Assembly (NCBI GenBank): GCA_040768745.1 | Contig: JAXGMI010000001.1 | Location: 1,632,001-1,696,000 of the forward strand | Source of the DNA: Desulfomicrobium sp. | GTDB lineage: Bacteria > Desulfobacterota > Desulfovibrionia > Desulfovibrionales > Desulfomicrobiaceae | Direction of reading: 5' to 3' | Length of the DNA stretch: 64,000 nt | In this document: in pieces, positions 1-9,920 of the stretch | How positions within the stretch are numbered: position 1 is the first letter of the stretch | How the letters are laid out: every line of letters begins with the position of its first letter | Position numbers and translations under genes: made by a program | Notes under the pieces: generated by a model | The model's database searches: none | Seen by the model: the letters and a program-made list of their open reading frames with translations, nothing else | Told to the model about the DNA's origin: nothing

Positions 1-107
1 AGATAGAAAAGGCTGTGGGCATGAATATTTCTGTCATCACGACGGCCAAAACTGACAAAGAAGGCAAGATGCTGTTGAAGCTTCTTGGAATGCCCTTCAA
101 GAAGTAA
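1..107 (+). CDS. rplE: 50S ribosomal protein L5, 3' end (partial)
   Basis: Frame from position 3 reads [34 protein letters not shown], the L5 C-terminus; directly before rpsN as in the spc operon. Confidence 0.95.
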   Translation, partial: IEKAVGMNISVITTAKTDKEGKMLLKLLGMPFKK

Positions 108-120
108 GGAGGAACGTAAC

Positions 121-306
121 TTGACTCGCACATCGTTGATGGTCAAGGCACAGCGGAAACCAAAATTTTCCACTCGCCAATACAACCGGTGTCCCATTTG
201 TGGCCGTCCCAGGGCTTTTATGCGCAAATTCGGAATTTGTAGAATCTGCTTCAGGAACATGGCCCTTGCCGGTGAACTGCCAGGCGTAAGAAAATCTAGC
301 TGGTAA
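121..306 (+). CDS. rpsN: 30S ribosomal protein S14, zinc-binding type Z (61 aa, TTG start)
   Basis: RCPICGR...CRICFR...[18 protein letters not shown] before TTG at 121. Confidence 0.97.
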   Translation: MTRTSLMVKAQRKPKFSTRQYNRCPICGRPRAFMRKFGICRICFRNMALAGELPGVRKSSW

Positions 307-321
307 TATTGAGGTATACTT

Positions 322-705
322 ATGTCTGTCATAGATCCAATCGCAGATTTGCTGACACGTCTTCGCAATGCTTACGGTGCGATGCATGCTTCCGTATCTG
401 TTTCGCCTAGCCGTATACGAGAAGCAGTGTTGAAGATTATGCATGAAGAAGGATATATCAATGGATATACTTCCGATGAAAATAATTTAGTTGTTGATTT
501 AAAATACCACGAGAATAAGCCTGTTGTAGCTGGTTTGAAACGAATCAGTAAGCCAGGTCGTCGTATTTATGTCGGGGCGAAATCAATTCCTTCTGTGCAG
601 AACGGGCTTGGCATCTGTGTTTTGTCGACTTCTAAAGGTGTTCTCGAAGGGAAAAAGGCTGCTGAAGTAGGCGTTGGCGGCGAACTTCTTTGTGAGATTT
701 GGTAG
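322..705 (+). CDS. rpsH: 30S ribosomal protein S8
   Basis: DPIADLLTRLRNA...SKPGRRIY...GGELLCEIW. Confidence 0.98.
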   Translation: MSVIDPIADLLTRLRNAYGAMHASVSVSPSRIREAVLKIMHEEGYINGYTSDENNLVVDLKYHENKPVVAGLKRISKPGRRIYVGAKSIPSVQNGLGICVLSTSKGVLEGKKAAEVGVGGELLCEIW

Positions 706-714
706 GAGATCGCA

Positions 715-1254
715 ATGTCACGAGTTGGTAAATTGCCGATTAGCATTCCCAGTGGTGTTGATATTAAAATTCAGGATCGCAATATAGTGGTCAAGGGTCC
801 AAAAGGTACTCTGACTTTAGCCAATCATCCGGCAACTCATGTTGCTATTGAAAATAATTCCATTTCAGTCGCCCCGAGTGATGATTCCTCCTTTGCCCGG
901 GAACAGCATGGATTGCGGCGGACCCTTCTGGCGAATGCCATTGTTGGTGTCACCAAAGGTTTCGAGAAATCCCTGGAAGTGATAGGCGTTGGGTACAAGG
1001 TAAATGTGCAGGGCAATACTGTTGTACTTAACGTTGGGTTTTCTCATCCTGTTAATTTTGTCCTTCCTGATGGGATACAAGCTAAGGTTGAGAACACCAA
1101 AATCACCGTCAGCGGCTGCGATAAGCAATCTGTCGGGGAAGTGGCGGCACAGATACGCAGAGTGCGGCCGCCGGAGCCTTACAAAGGTAAAGGTATCAAG
1201 TATTCTGATGAGACTATCCGTCGCAAGGCCGGCAAATCCGGTGGTAAAAAGTAG
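715..1254 (+). CDS. rplF: 50S ribosomal protein L6
   Basis: MSRVGKLPI...[13 protein letters not shown]. Confidence 0.98.
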   Translation: MSRVGKLPISIPSGVDIKIQDRNIVVKGPKGTLTLANHPATHVAIENNSISVAPSDDSSFAREQHGLRRTLLANAIVGVTKGFEKSLEVIGVGYKVNVQGNTVVLNVGFSHPVNFVLPDGIQAKVENTKITVSGCDKQSVGEVAAQIRRVRPPEPYKGKGIKYSDETIRRKAGKSGGKK

Positions 1255-1262
1255 GAAATGTT

Positions 1263-1616
1263 ATGAAATTTTCTCGTGATGAAGCCCGTTTGAAGCGCAA
1301 GGCCCGGATCCGGAAAAAGGTCAACGGCACTATGGAACGTCCGAGACTCGTTGTCTTTCGGTCAAACAAGCACATTTACGCCCAAATCATTGATGATCTC
1401 GCAGGGGTCACCCTTGCGGCAGCTTCGACTCTCAGTCTCGAAGGTGACAATATTCGTTTGACTACAGAGAATGCGAAGTTGGTTGGAAAAAAAGTAGCCG
1501 AGGAAGCGATCAAGAAAAGCATCACATCAGTGGTCTTTGATCGTAACGGCTTCGTCTACCATGGTCGAATCAAGGCCGTTGCCGATGGAGCCCGAGAAGG
1601 CGGCTTAAATTTTTAA
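1263..1616 (+). CDS. rplR: 50S ribosomal protein L18
   Basis: [20 protein letters not shown]...[27 protein letters not shown]. Confidence 0.98.
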   Translation: MKFSRDEARLKRKARIRKKVNGTMERPRLVVFRSNKHIYAQIIDDLAGVTLAAASTLSLEGDNIRLTTENAKLVGKKVAEEAIKKSITSVVFDRNGFVYHGRIKAVADGAREGGLNF

Positions 1617-1628
1617 TCGAGGACATCC

Positions 1629-2120
1629 ATGCAGCAGAATGAATTTGAACTCATTGAGAAAATTGTCTATCTCAATCGCGTCGCCAAAGTTGTGAAGGGT
1701 GGCCGAAGATTTAGTTTCAGCGCTCTAGTGGTTGTTGGTGATGGCAAAGGGACTGTTGGATTCGGACTTGGTAAAGCCAATCAGGTTCCTGATGCGATCA
1801 AAAAGGCTACAGATAGAGCTCGCAAGAGCATGCAAAAGGTCGAACTTCTCGATGGTACAATTCCTTATGAGATCGTAGGAAATTTTGGAGCCGGACACGT
1901 ACTTCTTAAACCTGCATCAGCGGGAACTGGAATTATCGCCGGTGGTCCTGTTCGTGCGGTCATGGAGGCGGTTGGCGTACACGACATTCTCACAAAGGCA
2001 ATAGGGACAAACAATCCGCACAATGTTCTTCGTGCCACCTTTGCTGGCTTGCGCTCACTACGTAGTGCTGAAAGTGTTGGGAAAATGAGAGGTAAGCCAC
2101 TCTCCATCAAGCGAAAATGA
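1629..2120 (+). CDS. rpsE: 30S ribosomal protein S5
   Basis: [24 protein letters not shown]. Confidence 0.98.
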   Translation: MQQNEFELIEKIVYLNRVAKVVKGGRRFSFSALVVVGDGKGTVGFGLGKANQVPDAIKKATDRARKSMQKVELLDGTIPYEIVGNFGAGHVLLKPASAGTGIIAGGPVRAVMEAVGVHDILTKAIGTNNPHNVLRATFAGLRSLRSAESVGKMRGKPLSIKRK

Positions 2121-2133
2121 GTAGGTGTGAGTT

Positions 2134-2304
2134 ATGATCAACGTAAAGCTCGTTAAAAGCGTGATAACGCAGAAATCAGTTCAGCGAAAGACGATCAAGG
2201 CCCTCGGGTTCACGAAACTCAATCAGGTCCGGTCCTTTCCTGACAATGAAAGTGTGCGTGGAATGATTGATAAAGTTAAGCATCTCGTAGAGGTTATATC
2301 ATAA
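2134..2304 (+). CDS. rpmD: 50S ribosomal protein L30 (56 aa, not in ORF track)
   Basis: Hand translation MINVKLVKSVITQKSVQRKTIKALGFTKLNQVRSFPDNESVRGMIDKVKHLVEVIS*; between rpsE and rplO with TAATG overlap. Confidence 0.95.
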   Translation: MINVKLVKSVITQKSVQRKTIKALGFTKLNQVRSFPDNESVRGMIDKVKHLVEVIS

Positions 2305-2750
2305 TGAACCTGCATGAATTGTATCCGTATCCCGAAGAGCGGGCCAAGGTGAAGCGAAGAGGGAGGGGAACGGCTTCTGGTCAGGGGGCTACCTCAGGCA
2401 AAGGTCACAAAGGGCAAAATGCTCGGACTGGCGGTGGTGTCTCCACACATTTCGAAGGTGGGCAGATGCCGTTGTACCGTCGCTTACCCAAGCGCGGTTT
2501 TAAAAATCCTTTTCGGGTCACCTATCAAGTCGTGAATTTGTCGATGTTGTATGCAGCTTTTGCGGAGAAATCTGAAGTAACTTTGGACGATCTGTACTCT
2601 TCTGGATTAGCCAAACCCATGCAGCCGATAAAAGTGCTTGGCAGTGGGGATGCGAGTAAAGCACTCAAAATTACTGCGCATAAATTCAGCAAGCAGGCGA
2701 TGGAAAAAATTTCCGCAGCTGGCGGCGAAGCTATTTCCATTGAAGGATAG
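2304..2750 (+). CDS. rplO: 50S ribosomal protein L15
   Basis: RGRGTASGQGATSGKGHKGQNAR...FEGGQMPLYRRLPKRGF. Confidence 0.98.
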   Translation: MNLHELYPYPEERAKVKRRGRGTASGQGATSGKGHKGQNARTGGGVSTHFEGGQMPLYRRLPKRGFKNPFRVTYQVVNLSMLYAAFAEKSEVTLDDLYSSGLAKPMQPIKVLGSGDASKALKITAHKFSKQAMEKISAAGGEAISIEG

Positions 2751-2759
2751 GGTGCGATT

Positions 2760-4073
2760 GTGAGCATACCCAAAGGCGTTAATGCCGGAATGTCCGAATT
2801 GAAGAAAAAATTCTTTTGGACGTTTCTTCTCTTAGCCGTATATCGCATTGGCATCCATCTTCCAGTTCCTGGAGTTGATGGGAGTGCCCTGGCGGATTTT
2901 TTCGCAAGCGCTCAAAATACCCTTTTCGGGCTTTTTGACATGTTTTCTGGTGGAGGATTGAAAAATCTTTCTATTTTCGCATTGGGAATCATGCCATACA
3001 TTTCTGCTTCTATCATTTTGCAATTGCTGACGGTAGTGAGCCCAGAACTCAAGAGATTAAGCAAAGAAGAAGGTGCTTCGGGACGAAAAAAGATCACACA
3101 GTATACACGTTATGGAACTGTGCTCATTTCAGTCATACAGGGTTTGGGTATAGCTGTTGGCATTGAGAGCATGTCCAGCCCAACAGGAGCTCCAATCGTC
3201 TTTATGCCTGGCTGGGGATTCCGAATTATCACAGTTTTGACCCTTACTGCCGGGACAATTTTTGTCATGTGGCTGGGAGAAAAGATCACGGAGCGCGGAA
3301 TTGGTAATGGGATCAGTTTGATCATATGCGCAGGTATTATAGCTGGGCTGCCCAGCGGGATTGGGATGTCGTATCGCCTGTTCACAGCGGGCGATGTTTC
3401 CCTGTTCACCGTGTTGTTGGTTGTGATCGTCATGGCTGGTGTTCTGGTGGGCATTACGTTCATGGAGCGCGCCCAAAGGAGAATTCCCATCCACTACGCC
3501 AAGCGGATGGTTGGCCGGAAAATGTATGGTGGGCAAACGAGCCATCTGCCGCTGAGAATCAACACCGCAGGTGTGATTCCGCCTATTTTCGCCTCATCGA
3601 TTCTCATGTTTCCAGCCACCATAGCTAATTTTTCCGATATTGAAATCCTGAATCGGATGTCAGAATATTTTAGGCCAGATTCGTTTATTTATAACCTTTG
3701 CTTCGTTGGCTTTATTGTTTTCTTCTGCTTTTTTTATACCGCTATCGTATTCGATCCTAAGGAAATTTCGGAGAATTTGAAAAAACAGGGGGCTTTTGTA
3801 CCTGGGATACGACCTGGTTTCAAAACAAACGAATATATCGACAAGGTTCTAACCAGATTGACTTTGTGGGGGGCTTTATATATCTCCACCGTCTGCGTTT
3901 TGCCAATGGTTCTGATGAAGCAATTCAACGTTCCCTTCTATTATGGCGGAACGTCCCTGCTCATCGTTGTTGGCGTATCCATGGACACCATGGCGCAAGT
4001 TCAATCTCATTTGATTTCAGGTAGGTATGATGGCTTGTTGGCAAAAGCCAAGATCAAGGGCAGGCAGGGTTGA
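2760..4073 (+). CDS. secY: Preprotein translocase subunit SecY
   Basis: SIFALGIMPYISASIILQLL, WLGEKITERGIGNGISLII, FVPGIRPG; multiple TM segments. Confidence 0.98.
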   Translation: MSIPKGVNAGMSELKKKFFWTFLLLAVYRIGIHLPVPGVDGSALADFFASAQNTLFGLFDMFSGGGLKNLSIFALGIMPYISASIILQLLTVVSPELKRLSKEEGASGRKKITQYTRYGTVLISVIQGLGIAVGIESMSSPTGAPIVFMPGWGFRIITVLTLTAGTIFVMWLGEKITERGIGNGISLIICAGIIAGLPSGIGMSYRLFTAGDVSLFTVLLVVIVMAGVLVGITFMERAQRRIPIHYAKRMVGRKMYGGQTSHLPLRINTAGVIPPIFASSILMFPATIANFSDIEILNRMSEYFRPDSFIYNLCFVGFIVFFCFFYTAIVFDPKEISENLKKQGAFVPGIRPGFKTNEYIDKVLTRLTLWGALYISTVCVLPMVLMKQFNVPFYYGGTSLLIVVGVSMDTMAQVQSHLISGRYDGLLAKAKIKGRQG

Positions 4074-4834
4074 AAAAATTTCGCGGCATTTTTCTGAAAA
4101 ACGCTCAGGAAATTGCCATGCTCGGTCAAGCAAACAGGTTTGCTGCCATTATTCTGGAAGAAATCGGTTCGAAAATTGTTCCTGGCGTTACGACAGCAGA
4201 ACTTGAAATCATCGCAAACAAGTTGTGTGATGAACACGGGGTTGATGCTGCTTTCAAGGGGTATCTTGGGTTTCCTTTTGCCCTTTGCTGCTCTGTGAAT
4301 GAACAAGTAGTGCACGGATTCCCGAGTGAGAGACCCTTGATCGAAGGTGATATTGTTTCCATTGATTTTGGGGTTAAATTTCAGGGTTTTTATGGAGATA
4401 CAGCCAAAACGTTTCCTGTAGGAAGTATAGATAAAGACGCGGCACACTTGCTGGATGTGACCAGGGAATCCCTTTTCAAGGGTATAGCCCAGGCCCTTCC
4501 AGGAAATGATCTTTATGATATTTCCCGGGCTGTACAGGAGTACGTGGAGGCTTGTGGCTATTCTGTAATTAAGCGTTTTGTTGGGCATGGCATAGGCCGG
4601 TCTCTTCATGAAAAGCCAGAAGTGCCTAATTATGTTCCAAAAAACTGCTCGCGGGTAGCATTGAAGCCCGGGATGGTATTAGCCATTGAGCCGATGGTCG
4701 CTATGGGATCCGATCAAGTCGAAATCCTCTCCGACGGATGGACTGCAGTGACCAGTGACAGAAGCCTGGCCGCTCATTTTGAGCATTCAGTGGCTATAAC
4801 CAAAGATGGTCCACTCATTCTCAGCCAATTTTAA
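4070..4834 (+). CDS. map: Type I methionine aminopeptidase
   Basis: SVNEQVVHGFP, DIVSIDFG, GHGIGRSLHE, AIEPM, AHFEHSV metal-site motifs. Confidence 0.97.
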   Translation: MKKFRGIFLKNAQEIAMLGQANRFAAIILEEIGSKIVPGVTTAELEIIANKLCDEHGVDAAFKGYLGFPFALCCSVNEQVVHGFPSERPLIEGDIVSIDFGVKFQGFYGDTAKTFPVGSIDKDAAHLLDVTRESLFKGIAQALPGNDLYDISRAVQEYVEACGYSVIKRFVGHGIGRSLHEKPEVPNYVPKNCSRVALKPGMVLAIEPMVAMGSDQVEILSDGWTAVTSDRSLAAHFEHSVAITKDGPLILSQF

Positions 4835-4870
4835 ATGGCGAGAAATTGTTGAAACTCTTCGGGGGATACG

Positions 4871-4984
4871 ATGAAAGTAAGGCCTTCAGTTCGTAAAATT
4901 TGTCCGAAATGCAAAGTCATTAAGCGCAAAGGTGTGCTTCGTGTTATTTGCGAAAATACTCGGCATAAACAAAGACAGGGTTAA
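4871..4984 (+). CDS. rpmJ: 50S ribosomal protein L36 (37 aa, Cys-containing form, not in ORF track)
   Basis: Hand translation [37 protein letters not shown]. Confidence 0.97.
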   Translation: MKVRPSVRKICPKCKVIKRKGVLRVICENTRHKQRQG

Positions 4985-4999
4985 GGATAGGGGGAAATT

Positions 5000-5371
5000 G
5001 TGGCAAGACTAGTTGGTGTTGATTTGCCAAGAAACAAACGGCTCGATATTGCGTTAACATATATATATGGCATCGGCCGAGCTACAGCTTTCAAAATCCT
5101 TGATGCAACGGGTATCGATTGGACAAAAAGCAGTGATGATTTAACTGGTGATGACATAAATGCACTTCGTAAGGAGCTTGAAGCGAATTACAAAGTGGAA
5201 GGCGATCTTCGGCGTGAAGTCGTTGCCAATATCAAGCGTCTTATGGATATCGGATGTTATCGTGGTCTGAGGCATCGTCGCGGTCTTCCCTGCCGAGGGC
5301 AGCGTACGCACACCAATGCGCGCACCCGCAAGGGACCACGCAGAGCCATCGTCGGCAAGAAGAAAAAGTAA
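5000..5371 (+). CDS. rpsM: 30S ribosomal protein S13
   Basis: ALTYIYGIG...[26 protein letters not shown]. Confidence 0.98.
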   Translation: MARLVGVDLPRNKRLDIALTYIYGIGRATAFKILDATGIDWTKSSDDLTGDDINALRKELEANYKVEGDLRREVVANIKRLMDIGCYRGLRHRRGLPCRGQRTHTNARTRKGPRRAIVGKKKK

Positions 5372-5390
5372 TTGGTGGAGACGTTAAGAT

Positions 5391-5780
5391 ATGGCAAAGC
5401 CTCAACGAGTGATCAAGAAAAAGGAAAAGAGAAATATTCCTGTTGGTATTGCGCATGTGAACAGCACATTTAACAATACCATAATCACCTTCACAGACCC
5501 AACCGGTAATGTCGTCAGTTGGGCAAGCTCCGGAGCGTCGGGCTTCAAGGGCTCACGCAAAAATACTCCTTTTGCGGCCCAAAAGGCTGCAGAAACAGCA
5601 GCCCGTAAAGCAATGGACTGCGGTATGCGTACAGTAGGCATCCTGGTTAAAGGGCCTGGCTCAGGGCGAGAATCAGCAATGCGCGCTATTAATGCTGTTG
5701 GGATGCGTGTTTCATTTATTCGTGACGTCACCCCTATTCCGCACAATGGATGTCGGCCACCCAAACGTCGTAGAGTATAG
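5391..5780 (+). CDS. rpsK: 30S ribosomal protein S11
   Basis: STFNNTIIT...[14 protein letters not shown]...[18 protein letters not shown]. Confidence 0.98.
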   Translation: MAKPQRVIKKKEKRNIPVGIAHVNSTFNNTIITFTDPTGNVVSWASSGASGFKGSRKNTPFAAQKAAETAARKAMDCGMRTVGILVKGPGSGRESAMRAINAVGMRVSFIRDVTPIPHNGCRPPKRRRV

Positions 5781-5794
5781 AGGGAGAATTTACA

Positions 5795-6421
5795 TTGGCT
5801 AGATATACAGGCGCTAAGTGCAGAATTTGCAGGAGAGAAGGCGGTAAGCTTTTTCTCAAAGGCGATAGGTGTTATACTGATAAATGTGCTTTTGAACGTC
5901 GGGCATACGCTCCAGGCGATCACGGGAAAGCCAGAAAGAAACCCAGTGATTATGCGTTGCAGCTCAGAGAAAAGCAAAAAGTCAGAAAGATGTATGGAAT
6001 ACTTGAAGGTCAATTCCGTCGTTATTTCGAAGAAGCGGAACGACGTAAGGGAATAACTGGTGCAGTGCTGCTCACTTTGCTTGAAACGCGTATTGATAAT
6101 GTTGCATACAAGCTGGGCTTTGCGCACTCCCGCAACCAAGCTCGCCAGATGGTCCGGCACGGTATTTTCCTGCTGAATGGGCGTCGGGTGAGTGTACCAT
6201 CCATCCAGATGAAGTCCGGAGATGTTTTGGAGGTGCGTGACAAGACGCGGAAAAATCTTGTCATCACAGAGTCTCTTGAGGTTGTCGCTCGTCGTGGGGT
6301 CCCGGCATGGCTTGAAGTCGATCCGGGAGCAATGAAAGGTTCGGTCAAGGCTCTTCCAACCAGAGAAGATATTACGTTCCCAATGACAGAGCAGTTGATT
6401 GTTGAACTCTACTCCAAATAG
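5795..6421 (+). CDS. rpsD: 30S ribosomal protein S4 (Cys4 form)
   Basis: [16 protein letters not shown]...[25 protein letters not shown]. Confidence 0.98.
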   Translation: MARYTGAKCRICRREGGKLFLKGDRCYTDKCAFERRAYAPGDHGKARKKPSDYALQLREKQKVRKMYGILEGQFRRYFEEAERRKGITGAVLLTLLETRIDNVAYKLGFAHSRNQARQMVRHGIFLLNGRRVSVPSIQMKSGDVLEVRDKTRKNLVITESLEVVARRGVPAWLEVDPGAMKGSVKALPTREDITFPMTEQLIVELYSK

Positions 6422-6433
6422 CAGGCGGTAAAC

Positions 6434-7480
6434 ATGAGTTCTACGTATAGCGGAGACAAGAAGGTTTACGTCAGAAATTGGGCAGAGTTGGTTCGGCCTG
6501 AGCAATTGGAAAAGGATTCCAAATGCAGTTCAATGTATGGACGTTTTGTATGTGAGCCGTTGGAAAGAGGTTTTGGAACCACAATTGGAAATGCTTTGCG
6601 GAGAGTTTTGCTCTCTTCGTTGCAGGGAGCTGCGCCAGTATCGTTGAAGATAAGGGGAATTCAGCATGAGTTCACGACGATTCCTGGCGTCAATGAAGAT
6701 GTCACCGATATAGTTCTGAATTTGAAGCAGCTGCGTGTCGCCATGAACACGCCCGAACCCCAGAGAGTACAGCTCATTGCGAATGCAAAAGGTGAGGTGA
6801 AAGCGTCTGCAATTACCGAAAACCAGCACATCAAAATACTCAATCCAGAGCTGCATATTGCCACTCTTTCAGAAGACATTGACCTTGTGATGGATATCGA
6901 AATCAGGATGGGCAAGGGGTATGTGCCGGCTGAAATGCATGAAGACCTTGATCATGAAATCGGGATCATCACTCTGGATTCGAGTTTTTCTCCCATTCGC
7001 AAGGTTGCGTACGCAGTGGAGCAGGCCCGTGTCGGACAAATGACAAATTACGACAAGCTGATCATGGAAGTCTGGACAGACGGTTCTGTAACACCTGAAG
7101 ACGCTCTGGCGTTCAGCGCGAAGATCCTCAAAGAGCAGCTTACAGTATTCATCAATTTTGATGAGGGCTCTGCAGATATCGAAAAGGCCAAATCCAAGCC
7201 TCAAGATAAAATCAATGAAAATCTCTTCAAGAACATTGAAGATCTCGAGTTGCCTGTCCGGGCAAGTAACTGCTTGAAGAGTGCTGGAATTCATATAGTA
7301 GGAGAATTGGTGCAAAAGACCGAAGCCGACCTGCTGAAAACAAAGAATTTCGGCCGTAAATCACTGGAAGATATTCGGCGAGTCCTGGAAAGCATGGGGC
7401 TGGATTTTGGAATCAGAGTGGATAATTTTGAAGAATTGTACCAGGATTGGTTAAAGAGGAACGAAGAAGATGAGGCATAG
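6434..7480 (+). CDS. rpoA: DNA-directed RNA polymerase alpha subunit
   Basis: [22 protein letters not shown]; alpha-[11 protein letters not shown]...NFGRKSL. Confidence 0.98.
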   Translation: MSSTYSGDKKVYVRNWAELVRPEQLEKDSKCSSMYGRFVCEPLERGFGTTIGNALRRVLLSSLQGAAPVSLKIRGIQHEFTTIPGVNEDVTDIVLNLKQLRVAMNTPEPQRVQLIANAKGEVKASAITENQHIKILNPELHIATLSEDIDLVMDIEIRMGKGYVPAEMHEDLDHEIGIITLDSSFSPIRKVAYAVEQARVGQMTNYDKLIMEVWTDGSVTPEDALAFSAKILKEQLTVFINFDEGSADIEKAKSKPQDKINENLFKNIEDLELPVRASNCLKSAGIHIVGELVQKTEADLLKTKNFGRKSLEDIRRVLESMGLDFGIRVDNFEELYQDWLKRNEEDEA

Positions 7481-7886
7481 AAAATCAGGACGCAAGCTTG
7501 GCCGTTCATGGGAGCATAGAAAGGCCATGATGAAAAATATGGCTCGTTCTTTGGTTGAGCATGAACGCATCCGCACTACCGAAGCCAAGGCCAAGGAACT
7601 GAGAATTCTCGCTGACAAGCTCGTGACCATGGCTCTCGCGGACAGCCTGCATGCTCGCAGGCAGGCGTATACGGTATTGGGAAGCCATCACAGCGTAAAA
7701 AAGCTTTTTGATGAAATTGGTCCGCGTTTCAAGGAAATTGCCGGTGGGTATACCCGTGTTGTGAAGTTTGGTGTTCCGCGAGTCGGAGACGGCGCCCCCA
7801 TGGCAATGATTGAGTTTACTCGCCTCGGCGCGCAGTTTGCCGAAGCGGACGCTAAGCCAACCGAGTCTGCACCGGACAAAGAGTAA
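7470..7886 (+). CDS. rplQ: 50S ribosomal protein L17
   Basis: [12 protein letters not shown]...[15 protein letters not shown]...GGYTRVVK. Confidence 0.98.
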   Translation: MRHRKSGRKLGRSWEHRKAMMKNMARSLVEHERIRTTEAKAKELRILADKLVTMALADSLHARRQAYTVLGSHHSVKKLFDEIGPRFKEIAGGYTRVVKFGVPRVGDGAPMAMIEFTRLGAQFAEADAKPTESAPDKE

Positions 7887-7891
7887 GCATG

Positions 7892-7917
7892 AAGGCAGTT
7901 TCGGCTGCCTTTTTTTT
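7892..7917 (+). terminator. Rho-independent terminator of the alpha operon
   Basis: AAGGCAGT-TTCG-GCTGCCTT hairpin followed by a T run just after the rplQ stop. Confidence 0.9.
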
Positions 7918-7959
7918 ATCAGCTTGTATCGACGTTATCTATATTAGGAATAGTAATTC

Positions 7960-8877
7960 ATGGATATTCGAAAGATAGAGGCTTTTTCCAAAGTTTTTGA
8001 ACATGCCAGTTTTTCCAAGGCTGCCAAGTCTCTTTTCCTTTCCCAGCCGACCATCAGCGCGCACGTCGCTTCCCTTGAAGAGGAACTCGAGGTTGCGCTT
8101 TTTGACCGCATCGGAAGAACCGTTGTTCCTACAAAGGCAGGGGAAATACTATATCAGCATGCTCGAAAAATCTTTGAGGCATCAGAGCTTGCCATTAATG
8201 AAATCCGCAAATTGCATGATCGGGTGACGGGCAGGTTGGAAATAGGTGGCAGCAGCATCCCGGCAAACTATATCATGCCGGCATATCTTGCCCAATTCTG
8301 GCAGATGTATCCTGAAGTGGTCATGAACCTGCACATTGGAGATTCTGAGGAAATTGCCAGCCTTGTTCGGGAGAATGTGCTCATGCTTGGGGTGGTCGGA
8401 GGGATATTCCCTGGGACTGACCTTGTCTATGAGCCGATCGCCCGAGACGAGCTCGTCTTGGTCATGGCACCGAAAATCTACATTCAGTACCAGCACTTGG
8501 ATCCTGTCGAGATGCTGCGCAAGGTTCCCTGGGTGCTCAGGGAGGAAGGTTCTGGCACCCGCGCGGCCATGGATGAGAGTCTCACCACCCTCGGAATTGA
8601 CATCCTCAGTCTTAACTGCGTGATCATGGTCAGAAATGCAGGGGCCGTGGCACGTTGCCTGTCCGCAGGGATGGGAGCGGCCATTACCTCCGCCATCACG
8701 GTTGCAGATGCCCTTGCGGCTGGCCACCTGGTGGCCATCGACATTCCGGGATTGATCATGGAGAGGTCCTTTTTCATAGTTTTTCATCGAAAAAGAACGC
8801 TTTTTCCGGCCGCCGTCAAATTGATCGAATTTCTGAAAATGAACGTCACCAATGTCGGCGTGGGAGGACAAAAATGA
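7960..8877 (+). CDS. LysR-family transcriptional regulator (selenium-metabolism-associated, CysL-like)
   Basis: LysR HTH (SFSKAAKSLFLSQPTISAHVASLEEEL...LFDR), REEGSGTR motif; stop overlaps selD start (ATGA). Confidence 0.9.
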   Translation: MDIRKIEAFSKVFEHASFSKAAKSLFLSQPTISAHVASLEEELEVALFDRIGRTVVPTKAGEILYQHARKIFEASELAINEIRKLHDRVTGRLEIGGSSIPANYIMPAYLAQFWQMYPEVVMNLHIGDSEEIASLVRENVLMLGVVGGIFPGTDLVYEPIARDELVLVMAPKIYIQYQHLDPVEMLRKVPWVLREEGSGTRAAMDESLTTLGIDILSLNCVIMVRNAGAVARCLSAGMGAAITSAITVADALAAGHLVAIDIPGLIMERSFFIVFHRKRTLFPAAVKLIEFLKMNVTNVGVGGQK

Positions 8878-9920
8878 TACAGAAGCCTCTGGTTCAGACA
8901 GTCACCGCCGCAGGCTGAGCAGCCAAGATTTCTCCAGGGGACCTGGAGTACGCGTTGTCCGGCCTGGAAATTCCAACTGATGACAGAGTTTTGGTGGGCC
9001 TCGGAAACAGCGAGGATGCAGCCATTGTGCAATTTCCAGCGGGAAAGGCCCTGGTGCAGACTGTCGATTTTTTTACACCCATAGTGAATGATCCTTTTCG
9101 GTTTGGGCAGATTGCTGCGGCCAACTCCCTGTCCGATGTGTACGCCATGGGAGGTGAACCGTATGTGGTCATGAACATCGTCTGTTTCCCGATAGACTCC
9201 ATGGATGTTTCGGTGTTGCGCGCGATGATCCACGGAGGACTCCAAAAAATAGGTGAAGCAGGTGCGGTCTTGGTCGGCGGCCACAGTGTCCAGGACAAGG
9301 AGCTCAAATATGGACTGTCGGTATCCGGGGTTATCGATCCTGAATGCTATGCGTCCAATGCAGGATTGCGCTCTGGAGATTGGCTCATACTGACCAAGCC
9401 CGTCGGGTCAGGGGTGCTGGCCACAGCTGTCAAAGCGGAATGGCCCGACGCCCTGAAACATGAAGAGGAAATTTATCGCTGGGCCTCCCGTTTAAATCGC
9501 ATTCCCGGTGAAGCGATTCGCCGCTTCAGGCTACGTGGAGCCACTGATATAACCGGTTTCGGTCTCGGTGGGCATCTGTTGGAAATGGCCAAGGCGTCAG
9601 ACCGCACGATCAGCCTTGTTGTCCGTGATGTTCCCCTCATGCAGGATGCATATCAGCTTGCCAGTATGGGACTTGTGCCCATGGGAAGTCATGCGAACAA
9701 AAAGTTTTGCCACAAGACAGTGCATGTGGATGAAGGTCTGGATGCGGTCATGGTGGATCTTATGTTTGATGCGCAGACATCAGGCGGTTTGGTTCTGGCA
9801 GTGCCAGAGGCGCAAAGGGATGAAGTCGTCGCATGGCTCACGCAACATGGAGAGCTGGCTGCCGTGATCGGGCGGGTTGAACCTTTGCGCCAAGACGGCA
9901 AACGGCTTGTACTGTGGTGA
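8874..9920 (+). CDS. selD: Selenide, water dikinase SelD, selenoprotein form (Sec at UGA 8916-8918, residue 15)
   Basis: MIQKPLVQTVTAAG-UGA-AAKISPGDL continues in frame into the 8955..9920 ORF (EDAA, QTVDFFTP, NSLSDVYAMGG, GGHS, TDITGFGLGGH, DAQTSGGL); UGA sits at the catalytic G[C/U]xxK position. Confidence 0.95.
8932..8948 (+). promoter_or_regulatory. Putative bacterial SECIS hairpin of selD
   Basis: Perfect stem CTCCAGG-GGA-CCTGGAG beginning after a 13-nt spacer from the UGA, with a G-initiated apical loop. Confidence 0.75.

Noticed and set aside
4070..4984. adk and infA missing from the secY-map-rpmJ segment
   Set aside because: No remnant or scar; junctions are tight. This order is, to my knowledge, usual in this lineage, with those genes elsewhere.
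8955..9920. selD as a truncated gene or pseudogene
   Set aside because: The upstream UGA is at the catalytic position and followed by a SECIS-like hairpin, so Sec decoding explains it.
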